A stretch of DNA of 64,000 nt, taken from Paraspadella gotoi (Eukaryota; Animalia; Chaetognatha). Position 1 is the first letter of the stretch; each line of letters begins with the position of its first letter. A model generated the notes under the pieces. It was not told the DNA's origin, did no database searches, and saw only the letters and a program-made list of their open reading frames with translations. The stretch is taken from the NCBI GenBank assembly GCA_051294375.1, contig CM119271.1, positions 6,635,632 through 6,699,631 on the forward strand, read 5' to 3'. Position numbers and translations under genes: made by a program. Positions 12,401 to 23,454 of this stretch are shown piece after piece.

Positions 12401-15053
12401 CACCATTCCCATCATTTCCATAGGATTCTCAGGCATCTTCGGTCGGTATGCGTTTCCGGCCATCATGGGATTCATGAGGGGTGGAGGGCCACCAGCCCAA
12501 GCAGAAGGGTTCCCCATCATCGACATATCGTTTTGTTTCTTCTCGTTAGGTTTCATTGGTGAAGCATAAGCTACGTTGACTGAGCAACCTAACAAAATAT
12601 TTTTTTTAAATTTTAAATGTCAGTCGTTTAACTACTGCGAAAAAGGGTTACCTTTAATAAGATGATCGTTCTGTTCCAAGAGGAACGCGCGCTTTCGGCG
12701 TCGGCGAAAGTGACGAAGGCGAACATACGATGCGGTCGAGGGACAAAGACGTCGGTGATTTCCCCGTATTTGGTGAAATATTCCTCGAGGTCCTCGCGCG
12801 TCACAGACTCCGTCACGCGGCCGACGAAAATGCGGCGACTCAGATGCGGCTGCGGCGCCTGAGTGGGCAGAAAAAGCGGGGAGGAAAAAAAAGAATGAGA
12901 GCGAAAAGATGATAGCGAGGACGGAGAAGAGGGAAGGGGGAAGACTGAGGTCGGAGGCAAGAATTGAAAGTCTCACAGACAGAAAGAAAAAAAGCGGATT
13001 ATGATATTATATTTAAATAGCGAAACTATCCAGAAAACAAAGAGGATGAAGAAGAAAAGAAGATAAAGATATAAAGAAGATTTAGCGATAAATAATAAAG
13101 CTTTATTTTTTATTTTTTTACGAAAACTTGAATAGAAAGATAAATCCAATACTACGCCGTTATCTTCGAAATGAGATCGTCGTCCCCCCCTAAAAAAATA
13201 CATTAAAGCGATATGACACACCCAAGAAAAACATAAAAGTATAATGTTTCCAACAGACTTATCTATCATAGAAAGACATTTGTAGTTTAATTTAAAATAA
13301 CATGAAAAAACGTAATAACAATCGATTTAAGTGTAAATCATTTTGTCTTGGTTATCGGTAATAACTACGTAACATTAATAACTACGGTAACAGTTTTGTT
13401 ATACAGGATATTAACAATCTGTATCATAAGAATGAGACCCAATTTACCTGCGTATGATCACAAGCTATCCTTCATTTTTTTTTTTCAATCTTGACGGAAA
13501 ATCCTATCGTTGCCGAGAAGTAAGTTGTAACCCGGCTGCAATCGAGATCATTGACGTTTTAATACGATACCTTTTCTGCACTTAATCATCTTCGAACAAC
13601 CGAGCAAAACGGCTTATCTATTTGCGTCAGACAAAAAATTGGTGACATCACGAACGCCGCTGGATAGAGCAGTTATAAGAAATCCACTTAAGACGTAAAA
13701 AATCGGGGACGTCTGTCAGAGGGAAAACGGGCAACGGCGAATGATGGAACGCGATGGCGATTCGCGCGACGGGCAAAAACTTCGGACGTCGACGGTCGGT
13801 CGCCTTCCGGGTTGAACCCCAAAAGGTCGATAACAGTTTATATTATATAATAGGCACGAGGAATATTTTCATGTTGACGTTCATCCAACAAAATGTATAC
13901 ATTTTTCGTTGCGTAGCATTTTCGATGAAAAAAAAAAACCACAAAAAACCAGATCAGGCAGCGAAGGACGTACACTGATGAACGCACAGAGAAACAATGC
14001 CGAAATACGTACGCTCAGGAACGAATAAGCGACAAAAAAAAAGCGTTCAAAATCGCAATTGAAACGATCGGAGAAACACCGGAAGCGGACACTCATGAAA
14101 ACGATTTTTGGGGTGAATAAAGGGGAGTAAATACAAAGAAAGACTGAATGATACTCACCCCGGGAACGATGACTTCATCGAACCCAGCAGCTTTTGATTG
14201 CGGTATCTTGACGTCGCAGAGACGACCTTCGATACGGTGACGTTCGTTCAAAGCACGGTTTTGATCCTCTAAGTTCTTGAAACGAATAAAAGCGAATCCG
14301 CGGCTCTTTCCTAGAAAATAACGGAAATTCTTCTTCACTTTTGTTTCGCGATCATACAAGCAGTATCAGATTTTGTAAAAAAATAAGAGAAAAATGATTC
14401 TGAGACCATTCCATTAAAGGCTTTAATAAATCTTGTTTTACTTTAATTATCAATGGGCCCAGACCTTCCAGATCTTTCTTGAGCTGAACCATGAGCATTT
14501 CGCCAAACTGTTCGAAGTACTCTTTCAACTGCTGCTCCTCCACCTTCCAAGGCAAGTTCATGACAATGAGGTCCGTCGTCGTCTGTATCTTGGCTTTAGC
14601 ATTGAGGCGTTTCGTCTTCGGTCCGTCCGTCTCCATCTCTCCTTCGCCTCCTTCCCCTTTTCGTTTGTTGTCCTGATATGGATATAGAAAATGTTTAATG
14701 TTTATGTTTATTGTAATCATATAAAAATAACGCAATGGCTTTCTTATTAGAAATGGCAGAAATATGCAATACAAAACTTCGACTTGGGCTTTATTCATTA
14801 GAAAATTTACCTTGGGGTAAACTACGACGAAGACACGATTTACGGACCAGTCGTTGCCGACAGGGGCAATAGACCCGTCCGTGACTCTCAGCCCGCGCCA
14901 GGATCCCGTCTCGCCGCGGTACTTGAGGCCGCAGGCGCCGGGGAACTGTCCCTGCAACGTCGCCAGGTTTAGCGTCTTGTCGTCTTCCAACGGAATCTCT
15001 ATTTCTTCTTCGTTCTCGTCCTCAACAACGCGAATGTACATGTCGTCCGACAT
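9424..15053 (-). CDS. TARDBP: TAR DNA-binding protein 43 (TDP-43/TBPH); 6 exons, apparent 1-nt frameshift at ~12688
   Basis: N-terminal domain YIRVVEDENEEEIEIPLEDD..QFPGACGLKYR, NLS DNKRK, RRM1 (DLIVMNLPWK, KSRGFAFIRF), RRM2 (IFVGRVT, FAFVTF), Gly-rich tail. Exons ~15053-14811, 14672-14465, 14310-14159, 12858-12652, ~12588-12404, 9663-9424. Confidence 0.95.
10285..11902 (+). CDS. Orphan type I transmembrane protein with Tyr-motif-rich cytoplasmic tail, nested antisense in the last TDP-43 intron
   Basis: 354-codon first exon with an N-terminal hydrophobic segment and a TM helix (WIIVVVVAIVMFIFAVLITVCC). In-frame GT-AG exons at 11423-11612, ~11693-11783 and 11859-11902; the 3' exons are less certain. 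Confidence 0.75.
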
Positions 15054-15371
15054 GGTTTTTTTTTTAGCTTTAATTTACTTTTCTGTATATAATTATGAAA
15101 AATTAACGATTAAAATCAACGAAAGAATGTTTTTTCAAAATAATAAAAGAATAAAACATTTGCCGAAATGAGCGAATATCGATCGAGGGAAAAAATGAAA
15201 TTATGTAACTTTAAAAAAAAAAGGCTGCAACATAATGTGAATAACGTAAAGGACATGGCACTTCTGAGGTCATGAAAATAAAAACAGTACGTCGTTTGGA
15301 TCTTCGCCCAGTTACTTTCTTGTCTCTATTTTTTTTTCTCTTTCAAGCAAAGTTTTTATTTTTTTTTTAAA

Positions 15372-18278
15372 TCAGTTCTTCTGCCATCCCTGCGAGAGCG
15401 CGGTGAGCAAGAGGGTGAGCGTTTGCTGCGCTTGACGCTGACACTCTGGTTCCGGGTCCCGTGCCGCCACCTCTTCGAGCCAAGCCTTCGTGTCGAGCAA
15501 TTCTGCCTGGAAGTCGGCGACTAGGATGGCGGGCGGCAGAGAGATGACGACGATGGAGAGGGCGTAAATGAGGGATACCCGGACGTATGTTTGCGAGTGG
15601 TAGCGGATACACCACACGACCTCCAGCAGAGACGCGGCCATGTTCCGACAGACCGAGGTATTGACTGCCGAGTAAAGGAGGACGCCGAGGGTGTAGAGAA
15701 GGCGCCCGAGCAGCAGGTGATCCTTGTCGAGGAGATCGAGAGACGCACTTGGCCGATCGAGCATCTTGAGGAGCGGAAAAAAGAATGAGCCAGCGACAGA
15801 TCCGAAGCGATTGGGCACGGGCGTCGGCGACGGCTTGGTTCGTCCCTTGGAGATGATCTTTGTTTTGGCGTCGATCCGTTTTTTAACGATTGTGGACCAA
15901 TGTTCTAATTCGTTGGCGCCGGCAGAAAGGGCAGCTTCGCCATTAGCTTTAGAGCCTTCGTCGCCGGGGAACCAGAGATTCGAAGGTGCGTCGGGGTTCG
16001 AAAGTTCTTGAGCGCCGTTGCTCAGCACTTCCAGAATATCCATTCGCTGGCGGATGCTGTAATTGCGCTCGTAAAACTCGCAGGTGAGGTAGGAAGCCAC
16101 CTTCTTGGGCGCCTTGACGACGAGAGCGATGAGGGCGTTGAGTCGCAGCTCTTCGAAGTTATAGTTGTGGACGCCGAGACGATCAGCTAGATGCAAGAGG
16201 ATGCGCGCCATCTCAACGCCCACCTCTTCCATGGTTTCGGCCTGCGCGCCGCGGATAAGAGATTCACAATTTTCTAAGCACACGAAAAGTGTCTTCGAAT
16301 TCGGGTCGTTGGCGTCTTGGCCTTTGAGAAGACCGAGCATGCACTCTTGAAGGTACTTTGGAGCCTTGCTCCGGACGGATTTGTCGTAAACTGGCTCGTT
16401 AGATATAAAAGGTTCCAGGTCGTCGTCGCTGTCTAATTCTTCCACTTTTTTGGATTCACCATCTTCGACGCGTTCGATGTGGTTGTTATTTGATACTTTG
16501 ACTTCATCTCCGATTTTTTCCGTGGACGGCGTTGTCCCGTCGATTTCTAGCTTATTGAGTGCTTCTGCCAATTCACTCGACGACAGATCGTTTATCGAAA
16601 TGCTAGACCCTGACTTGGAGTCCCACTTGGGAAAAATTCCAGTAGGCAAAATCTTGTCGCCGATTTTAACCGAGGGCATTTCCGGAGGTTTACTGAGCCG
16701 CTTGGCCTCTTTGATGAGTTGTTCCACTTCCTCGGTAGCGGCGTGTTCGAACTCAAGCTTATCGCTAAAAGTATCGGCGCGCGTTATTTGCGCCTCCGTG
16801 CGAAGAATATCTACTGTATTTTCGGCCAGGATCATGCCCAACTCCCGGATCATCAGAGTGGACGAGGAGAGGTGGCACGACATGCCGGACAACAACTTAG
16901 AAAGAAAGACGTCGCCATTTTGGCGAATGTCCTCGGGGGTGAGACAGGCCATGGCGCAAAGCAGAGCCTTTGTAAGATAAGCGTGTTGATCCAAACTCGT
17001 GTGTTTGAGGTAATTCTCCGTTCCCCAAACGTCGAAGAGTCTGGAGACAGTTTTGATGAAAACCGACTGTCTCAAGGCTGGCTGCTTAATAGTAACGCTC
17101 GACAAATAACCCATAATGTTTTGCAGAATGAGAGGGTTTGAGAAATGTCGATGGAAGAGAAACTTGTTGGTTAAAAGGAAGACGGCTTTGGCTTTTTTCG
17201 TAAGAAAGTCCGCGCCGAGGATACACTGAACCCCGACGGGATGTGCCGAGTGCCGCAAGAGCGGCAGAAGCGTGGCTTCTAAACAAGTGTCTGGGACACT
17301 GAGAAAAATGTTATTGAAAAGATCTTTCCAGTCCCGATGATCGAGGCAAGTCATTCCATTCGAGGAGAGAAGTTGAACTAAAACTTGATCGCCGTAGTCG
17401 CCAGAGGCGAAGCAAAGGCGCCCCACAACGGTTCCGAGAAACACCGGCACCGACGTCGGGAGAGGCTGCTGAGAATATTCTTTTTCCAACATAATCTCGG
17501 AGATAGCGAGGGTAAGCTGTAGAACCACGAAAGTATAATACGACTTAAGGGAAAGATATTTGGGAGTTTGTTCCTTTAATTTGTTGGCGGCAATATGCGG
17601 GAAAGCCGTGAGAGCCGACAAAACTTTGTCCGAGAAGCCAAGAAGCACATGCGGCTCGATGGCCTCGTGATGGCCCACCGCGTGTTGAAAGAAGATGTTC
17701 CTAAAGCTGTCAGAAGTAAAGAACTTTTCCAGCATTGCCAACACGCGGGAGAGTCGAATGCCCTGTGGCAGGCTCTTGAGACGTTCGCAAAAGACCAAAA
17801 GGACGCAGGAGGGGATTCCCTCGAGGAAAAATGGATCTATGAATCGCTTTCGCTGCTTCTTGTTTAAAGTGTCAAACCATGGAGTGTCAAAACTGTCGAT
17901 GATGTGGTTGAGTACAGCGCTATACCCTCCACGCGCCGAAAACTCTCGTCGATGGCGCAAGAGTTCGGGACTGGCTTCGATTTCATTCTTGACGATTTTA
18001 CCACCCTTGCTAGAGTAGGTATCCTTGGGAGTGCCACGGAGAGGGAGAAAGTCGAGAAGGGCTTTTAAAGTGGCAAGGATGCGGCGAGTTCGTTCGTTGA
18101 TGGGATCTTCATCGGGTTGATTGGAAGCGCCCTCTTCGGGGGGGTCCTCCACGACCTTGAGAACGTCGCTGGATTTCGCCTCGAGCTTCTCTCCGTTCGA
18201 AGTCGAAATGGTGTGGCCGCGAAGGCGAAGCGCCAACAGGCAGTCCTTTGTCAAACGCATCACCTCCGTCGAAGTCAT
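15372..18278 (-). CDS. TELO2: Telomere length regulation protein TEL2 homolog, intronless 968 aa
   Basis: ELDSDDDLEPF (CK2/PIH1-binding motif), APKYLQEC, EFYERNYSIRQRMDILEVL, NRFGSVAGSFFFPLL, LLGRLLYTLG. Confidence 0.95.
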   Translation of the reverse strand: MTSTEVMRLTKDCLLALRLRGHTISTSNGEKLEAKSSDVLKVVEDPPEEGASNQPDEDPINERTRRILATLKALLDFLPLRGTPKDTYSSKGGKIVKNEIEASPELLRHRREFSARGGYSAVLNHIIDSFDTPWFDTLNKKQRKRFIDPFFLEGIPSCVLLVFCERLKSLPQGIRLSRVLAMLEKFFTSDSFRNIFFQHAVGHHEAIEPHVLLGFSDKVLSALTAFPHIAANKLKEQTPKYLSLKSYYTFVVLQLTLAISEIMLEKEYSQQPLPTSVPVFLGTVVGRLCFASGDYGDQVLVQLLSSNGMTCLDHRDWKDLFNNIFLSVPDTCLEATLLPLLRHSAHPVGVQCILGADFLTKKAKAVFLLTNKFLFHRHFSNPLILQNIMGYLSSVTIKQPALRQSVFIKTVSRLFDVWGTENYLKHTSLDQHAYLTKALLCAMACLTPEDIRQNGDVFLSKLLSGMSCHLSSSTLMIRELGMILAENTVDILRTEAQITRADTFSDKLEFEHAATEEVEQLIKEAKRLSKPPEMPSVKIGDKILPTGIFPKWDSKSGSSISINDLSSSELAEALNKLEIDGTTPSTEKIGDEVKVSNNNHIERVEDGESKKVEELDSDDDLEPFISNEPVYDKSVRSKAPKYLQECMLGLLKGQDANDPNSKTLFVCLENCESLIRGAQAETMEEVGVEMARILLHLADRLGVHNYNFEELRLNALIALVVKAPKKVASYLTCEFYERNYSIRQRMDILEVLSNGAQELSNPDAPSNLWFPGDEGSKANGEAALSAGANELEHWSTIVKKRIDAKTKIISKGRTKPSPTPVPNRFGSVAGSFFFPLLKMLDRPSASLDLLDKDHLLLGRLLYTLGVLLYSAVNTSVCRNMAASLLEVVWCIRYHSQTYVRVSLIYALSIVVISLPPAILVADFQAELLDTKAWLEEVAARDPEPECQRQAQQTLTLLLTALSQGWQKN

Positions 18279-19182
18279 CGTCCAGAAATCACCGGGGAAT
18301 ATCGTTAAGAAATTAGATTTGTTTAAATTATAAAGACAGCTGACGGGAATGAAAGAGGGTTGAGAAACATATAATTACGCCGTAGAATTTTTAATAAATT
18401 ACAACTGGAATATAGTATATAGAATTTTATCACGAAGTGGGACAATTTGGTATTGAATGCCTTAGAAAAGACACTGCTATCTGCTTTGATTTAACATATA
18501 AATCTAAATTTCGTAAAACGACTCATAAGTCTGATTCGTGATAGAATATTTCACAGAAAAATAAAATTTATTACTAAAAATTAAATTTAACTTAAAACAA
18601 GGACGGTATAATAAGTTTTGAAAACACCGAGTTTTAATAAATACAGTTTTCCTATTAGCTATTAGCTATTTTTCTTATTCAACATTCTATTTTTCTAAAA
18701 CTTGAACAATCAACATTTAATTAGGACCCTTTAAAGGTTTTAACTAGTGTTTTACTACCCGCTTTTTGGAGAAATAACTTGAGAGCATAATTCAAGTCCC
18801 GACAGCAAAAGTGATCAATGTATACAACTACGTACGTAACTATTTATGGCGTACTATTAGATCCGATTAAGATTTGCCCGAAACGGAAAAAATAAAACTC
18901 TCGTGCTGTTCTGAATACTAAGTACGAAATAAATTTATCACCCTTGATCACAATCCAGCTAAGCGGCCACCAAAATGGTAAACGAAATTGTAAAACAAGC
19001 AGAACGTAAATGGAATTGAAGATCTTTCGATTAGTGAAACGAAAGTCCACGGGTACTAAACAGCGCTAAAGCTCCGGAACAATAAAAAGAGCGTCGAAGG
19101 TGTGAGACCTGACCAGAAGTTTCACGCATAAGAAAATAGATCATCGTAATCTCAATTTTAGCAGTGGGGAGTTAGAAAAACT

Positions 19183-22086
19183 TCACTCGCTCATTTCCTG
19201 CGTAGCGGAAGAGTCTTCGACAGCAACGTCCTCGTCTTCGTACTTGGTTCTCTTTCCACCGTGCCACCAAGACGAAATGCTAGTCCTGGCGTTGACAATG
19301 GCTCCGCCCACAACTTTGCTCGTGGAAACGACGGCCTTGCCGGTGTTGGCGGCAGCTGCGGTTATTTTGCGCCCGCTCTGCGAGGAGGACATGGTGTGAG
19401 AAACTTTAAGTTTGATGTCTCCGACGCTGAGATGGGGGCTAGCGCCTGGATGCGACGGTTCCGTCGCCTCCAGACCTGGCCACACTTCGGGCCCCGTTCC
19501 GCGCCGCCTCCAAACCCGATAATTGTGAGTGTTTTGTAACGCGAAGACGAATGCTGGATTGAAGTCGTGAAGGTGATTTTGGTCACCTTTGACAGATGCG
19601 ACCAGCAATGACTGAAGATAGGTCTTGACTTGAGCCCGAATCCACTCATCGCCTCCCTCCCAAACGCTGCTGTCTTCGACGGCCTCGACTTGACGGAGAA
19701 GTTGATCGGCGAAACGAAGGTCGGCCGTGGTGAGGGCGACGAGGCGCTTGAGGTCGTGGTCGTGCCATTCAATGTCGAACGAATGGACGGGACCCTCGGG
19801 CAAATGCTCTGTCGATCCAACGCCGAACGCTCCGGGCTCTTCTTCGACGACGGGCGCGATGGTTTCAATGGAGATAACGACGTCGGACAACTTTATCTTC
19901 TGTTTGAAAAGAATGTTGGTGGCGCCGATGACGAAACCTCGCACGGTGTCTCCCTGAACTACGTCCAGGTGTTGCAGACTAGCATAGGGGTAACAAACGT
20001 TTCCTTTCTCAAAGATCGTCAGAGGAAAGCCAAAGCTATCCTGGGCCAAAGCCGTGGATTCCTCGGGGGTAGCAGATTCCACTCGAGAATCGTTAAGATA
20101 TTCTATGCTAAGATGCTCCACTGAGGGCGACTGCGACATAAGCTCGGCCGCTCCGCCTTTACCCGTTCCTTTCGATGGAGAGGATCCTCCGGATTCTTCC
20201 TTGTCCTCAGCAAACCGCCCGTCGCCGGCGCCGAATCCCCAGCCGCCTTTCCAAACGTCGAACAGCTTATTCTTAACCAAAGACGCTCGGGCGGACAAAT
20301 TGACCGAGCGTTCGCTGAGGATGGAGGCTTTGCTATCGCTGTGTTTAATCCCAAGCGCGTTCTCGGCGTCCTCGTTCTCTGGCGACGCCCCAGTGGCTTC
20401 CATAATCGGCGCCGACCGCTCATCGACGCCCTCGTCTGAAATGGCGTCGAGGCCCAGTTTCTCTTTGCCCTTAGAGCTGGCGCTCATCATCCGGTCGATC
20501 TCGTCAAGAAGGGCGTCCTCGCCCGTGTCGTTAGACCCGTGAAAATCAGTCGTTCTGACGACGTCGCATTTATTGTCTTGGACGCTGACGCTGGCGGCGG
20601 CGGCGCCGCCAAATGCGAACGACTCGTCGGCGCCGAAGGCATCTTCACCTTCTTCCTCATTGAGCGTCTCTATGCCGACCTCCTCTTCGTCGAGACTAAG
20701 GTCTTCCATTCTGTCCTCGAGATTGTCGTTGACCGAGAGCGGGGGTTCCACGCAGAGAGACGAGAGCGACTGCGTTTCGGCCTCCAAGTGGTCGTCCCTC
20801 TTCAGATCTTCTTTGTTCAGGAAAAGCGGGCTGGCGGAACGATCCCTGCCTGCACCGCAGACTCGTCGCTTCGGCGCCTTAAGGCTGGCCTTGAAGTGGC
20901 CTCCCCTTGTAGGGAGGCTGTCGCCAGATCCAGAGAACCCAGAGTCGTCCTTTTCGGTTCTGGAGACGGAGTCGGGCGCAGGTGGGTCCGAGTCTCTGAC
21001 AGGAAGCGAAGTGAAACCGACGTTGGTCATAGTCATGGCGGAATCGGTCAGCGTTGCCATCCGATCGGTGCTGCACTCAGATGCTGAAAAATCAGAGACG
21101 TCGCCGCGGTTGTTTCCCGCCGCAGCCTCCGCGCCTCCGAGGCTGGAGCGTCGGGTGACGATGACGAAGTCCGACGCGAGGCTGGCGGCGCCGGATTTAA
21201 TAGAAAACGCAGTCTCGTCATCAAAATCGCCCCGCGCCGTTTTGCCCTCGGGCATCAACTCGCAAGACCGGTAGAGCCCGTCCTCCAACATCTTAGGTAG
21301 GAGACTGAGTAAGGTGAGGACAATGCCGCCCGTCAAAGCGAGAACCGGCGTTTGACTAGGCGAAGCAAAGAAAAGAATTCGACGCTCGAGCAAAACCAGC
21401 TTGATGAGGAGCAAGAAATTGTGGCGGAATCTCAAAACGAAATCTCGGGCGGAAAGGCCGACGAAGAGTTGCGAGTCCTCCTGCAAATAGGCGAGGGCCG
21501 ATCGAGGAGAGGGGCACGAGTATTGGAGAATCAGGCTCGAGGCAAGCTGCCGGAACAACTCTTGCAGAATATCTTTGTGTTCAAAGTTCTTTTGTTCGAA
21601 ATAGGCTTGGGTGACGGGCTTGAGATGGGCCTCGACCACTCCATAAGCAGGGATCGAAGTCAGCACGCAAATGGCCTTTTGCACTGTGTTGCGCGTGAAC
21701 TCGGCCTTGTCGCCATCGAGCTCTCGTGCATCAATTTGACGGCAGCAGGAAGTACCGAAAATGGCGCTCGATCCAGAAACCGTTCCGGATTGATACTTTG
21801 GGGGGAGAGTGAAAAATACGGCGTCATCACTCCAGTGGTGGGCGCCGTCCGGCAATGCCAACGAAGGCAGAAGCCTCCGCCACTCGTCCGGCATTTCAAA
21901 GCTGAGGGACTCCACGAGCCGAGATGTCCCGGTTCCGCGAGACGGAAAATCATCTCCAGTGACTTCGGGCGATGCGTCGAGTGGAGATGAGAGTGGTGGA
22001 TAAGAAAACTCGACTTGACAGCCTTTTTTGTGATGAAACCCAACCACCATCACATGCAAAAGCGCGTGGGTCTCGTTGGCCGTCAT
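19183..22086 (-). CDS. AVL9: Late secretory pathway protein AVL9 (DENN-like), intronless 967 aa
   Basis: HVMVVGFHHKKGCQVEFSYPPL, LALPDGAH, RNTVQKAICVL, GATNILF, LTTADLRFAD, WEGGDEWIRAQ. Confidence 0.96.
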   Translation of the reverse strand: MTANETHALLHVMVVGFHHKKGCQVEFSYPPLSSPLDASPEVTGDDFPSRGTGTSRLVESLSFEMPDEWRRLLPSLALPDGAHHWSDDAVFFTLPPKYQSGTVSGSSAIFGTSCCRQIDARELDGDKAEFTRNTVQKAICVLTSIPAYGVVEAHLKPVTQAYFEQKNFEHKDILQELFRQLASSLILQYSCPSPRSALAYLQEDSQLFVGLSARDFVLRFRHNFLLLIKLVLLERRILFFASPSQTPVLALTGGIVLTLLSLLPKMLEDGLYRSCELMPEGKTARGDFDDETAFSIKSGAASLASDFVIVTRRSSLGGAEAAAGNNRGDVSDFSASECSTDRMATLTDSAMTMTNVGFTSLPVRDSDPPAPDSVSRTEKDDSGFSGSGDSLPTRGGHFKASLKAPKRRVCGAGRDRSASPLFLNKEDLKRDDHLEAETQSLSSLCVEPPLSVNDNLEDRMEDLSLDEEEVGIETLNEEEGEDAFGADESFAFGGAAAASVSVQDNKCDVVRTTDFHGSNDTGEDALLDEIDRMMSASSKGKEKLGLDAISDEGVDERSAPIMEATGASPENEDAENALGIKHSDSKASILSERSVNLSARASLVKNKLFDVWKGGWGFGAGDGRFAEDKEESGGSSPSKGTGKGGAAELMSQSPSVEHLSIEYLNDSRVESATPEESTALAQDSFGFPLTIFEKGNVCYPYASLQHLDVVQGDTVRGFVIGATNILFKQKIKLSDVVISIETIAPVVEEEPGAFGVGSTEHLPEGPVHSFDIEWHDHDLKRLVALTTADLRFADQLLRQVEAVEDSSVWEGGDEWIRAQVKTYLQSLLVASVKGDQNHLHDFNPAFVFALQNTHNYRVWRRRGTGPEVWPGLEATEPSHPGASPHLSVGDIKLKVSHTMSSSQSGRKITAAAANTGKAVVSTSKVVGGAIVNARTSISSWWHGGKRTKYEDEDVAVEDSSATQEMSE

Positions 22087-22221
22087 TGTTTTTTTAAATA
22101 CGTCTCATTTCGCCATATGGAATCAAAGCCCAGCCCTTTTTGCTTTCGAAAATAAAGAGAAAAAAATTATACATTGAGGAAACGACGGTGTTAATAAATG
22201 AGTAAAACAGTAAAGTTAAAA

Positions 22222-22699
22222 GGACAACGTTAAAAAACATAAAGCTTGAAAAATTGATCAAGCTCAACAATTTTTTTTTTTTGCGAAAAAAAAAGAAGTC
22301 AAAAATCTGTATCTTCGTTCTCCAAATCGACGATAAAGTCAAACTCGTCTTTAGTTAATGGCTGCACCGAGAGTCGTGCCTTGGTGAAAAGAGCCAAGTT
22401 CTTCAACGGCCCGCCCGTGCGCTTGTGCTTTTCATGTATCGACTTTAGTTGGTGCANNNNNNNNNNGGACAACGTTAAAAAATATAAAGCTTGAAAAATT
22501 GATCAAGCTCAACAATATTTTTTTTGCGAAAAAAAAAGAAATCAAAAATCTGTATCTTCGTTCTCCAAATCGACGATGAAGTCAAACTCGTCTTTAGTCA
22601 AAGGCTGCACCGAGAGTCGTGCCTTGGTGAAAAGAGCCAAGTTTTTCAACGGCCCGCCCGTGCGCTTGTGCTTTTCATGTATTGACTTTAGTTGGTGCA
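22222..22699. other. ~235-bp near-identical duplication flanking a 10-N gap (22457-22466); probable uncollapsed haplotype overlap of the THYN1 3' end
   Basis: 22222-22456 matches 22467-22699 with a few substitutions and small indels in A/T runs. Confidence 0.88.
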
Positions 22700-23333
22700 A
22701 CGGCAAGTAGCGCTTCAGCGGTCGGACATACTTTACGTCGACCATGAACCACTTGGGGTTGTCCTTTTTGGCGGAGGGATCGTAATGAGGATCTTTCTTA
22801 TCGAACTGTGTGTGGTCAACGTAAGATTCCTTGACCACTTCTACGATGCCAACCACTCCGGGCGGTTTAGTGTTGCTATTAGGATAAATTAAAAATACAC
22901 AAACAAAAACCTATCAATTAAAAACTGAATAACTTTTTGTATTTAATTCATTCCAAATAACCTACCTGTGGTAAAAAAATGCTTTGTCCCCCACGCGCAT
23001 CTGGTCACGCATGAAGTTTCGGGCCTGATAATTACGCACGCCGTCCCAACAGGCGGTTCCCTCCGGCTCCTTCTTCAAATCGTCGAATCCAAACTTGACG
23101 TCGACGCCCTTTTCGATTCGAGTCTCGGGCTCTGACTTGAAGAGCCAGTGGGAGTAGGGTCGCGGAGAAGCGGAAGAGGCGGAAGAAGATGCTTCGGCTC
23201 CGTTGACCTTTTGGTTTTTGTCAACGGCGGATTCGGGAGAGGAGGACCTTTTTCTCTTTTTAATGTCCGACTTCTTTGACTTAACGGCCGCCGTTGTCTC
23301 GCGCTTTCTTTTCGTCCCTCTTTTCGGTGGCAT
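22542..23333 (-). CDS. THYN1: Thymocyte nuclear protein 1 (EVE domain), 2 exons
   Basis: HWLFKSEPE, ACWDGVRNYQARNFMRD, FFYHS, DHTQFDKKDPHYDP, PKWFMVDVKYVR, ARLSVQPLT; intron ~22881-22966. Confidence 0.95.
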
Positions 23334-23363
23334 AGTATTTTTTTTTGGTTGATCTAAATAGAA

Positions 23364-23400
23364 AGAACGAAGAATTCAAGAAGCGGAAATAATCGACAGG
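23364..23400 (-). promoter_or_regulatory. 3' splice acceptor in the 121-nt MED19-THYN1 spacer (candidate trans-splice site)
   Basis: Minus strand reads ttcttgaattcttcgttctttctatttAG 30 nt before the THYN1 ATG. Confidence 0.55.
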
Positions 23401-23454
23401 TCATACATAAAATAGAAAAAGGGGGGGGATTGGATGGGGGGTGTTAATTTCTAT

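Noticed and set aside
19261-21990. Many 100-230 aa plus-strand ORFs opposite AVL9 (also opposite TELO2, PARL, DCP1, LRP1)
   Set aside because: Antisense shadows of GC-rich coding sequence with no recognisable motifs.
22222-22699. Apparent tandem duplication of the THYN1 3' end
   Set aside because: The copies abut a 10-N gap and the coding differences I checked look synonymous; typical uncollapsed haplotype overlap.
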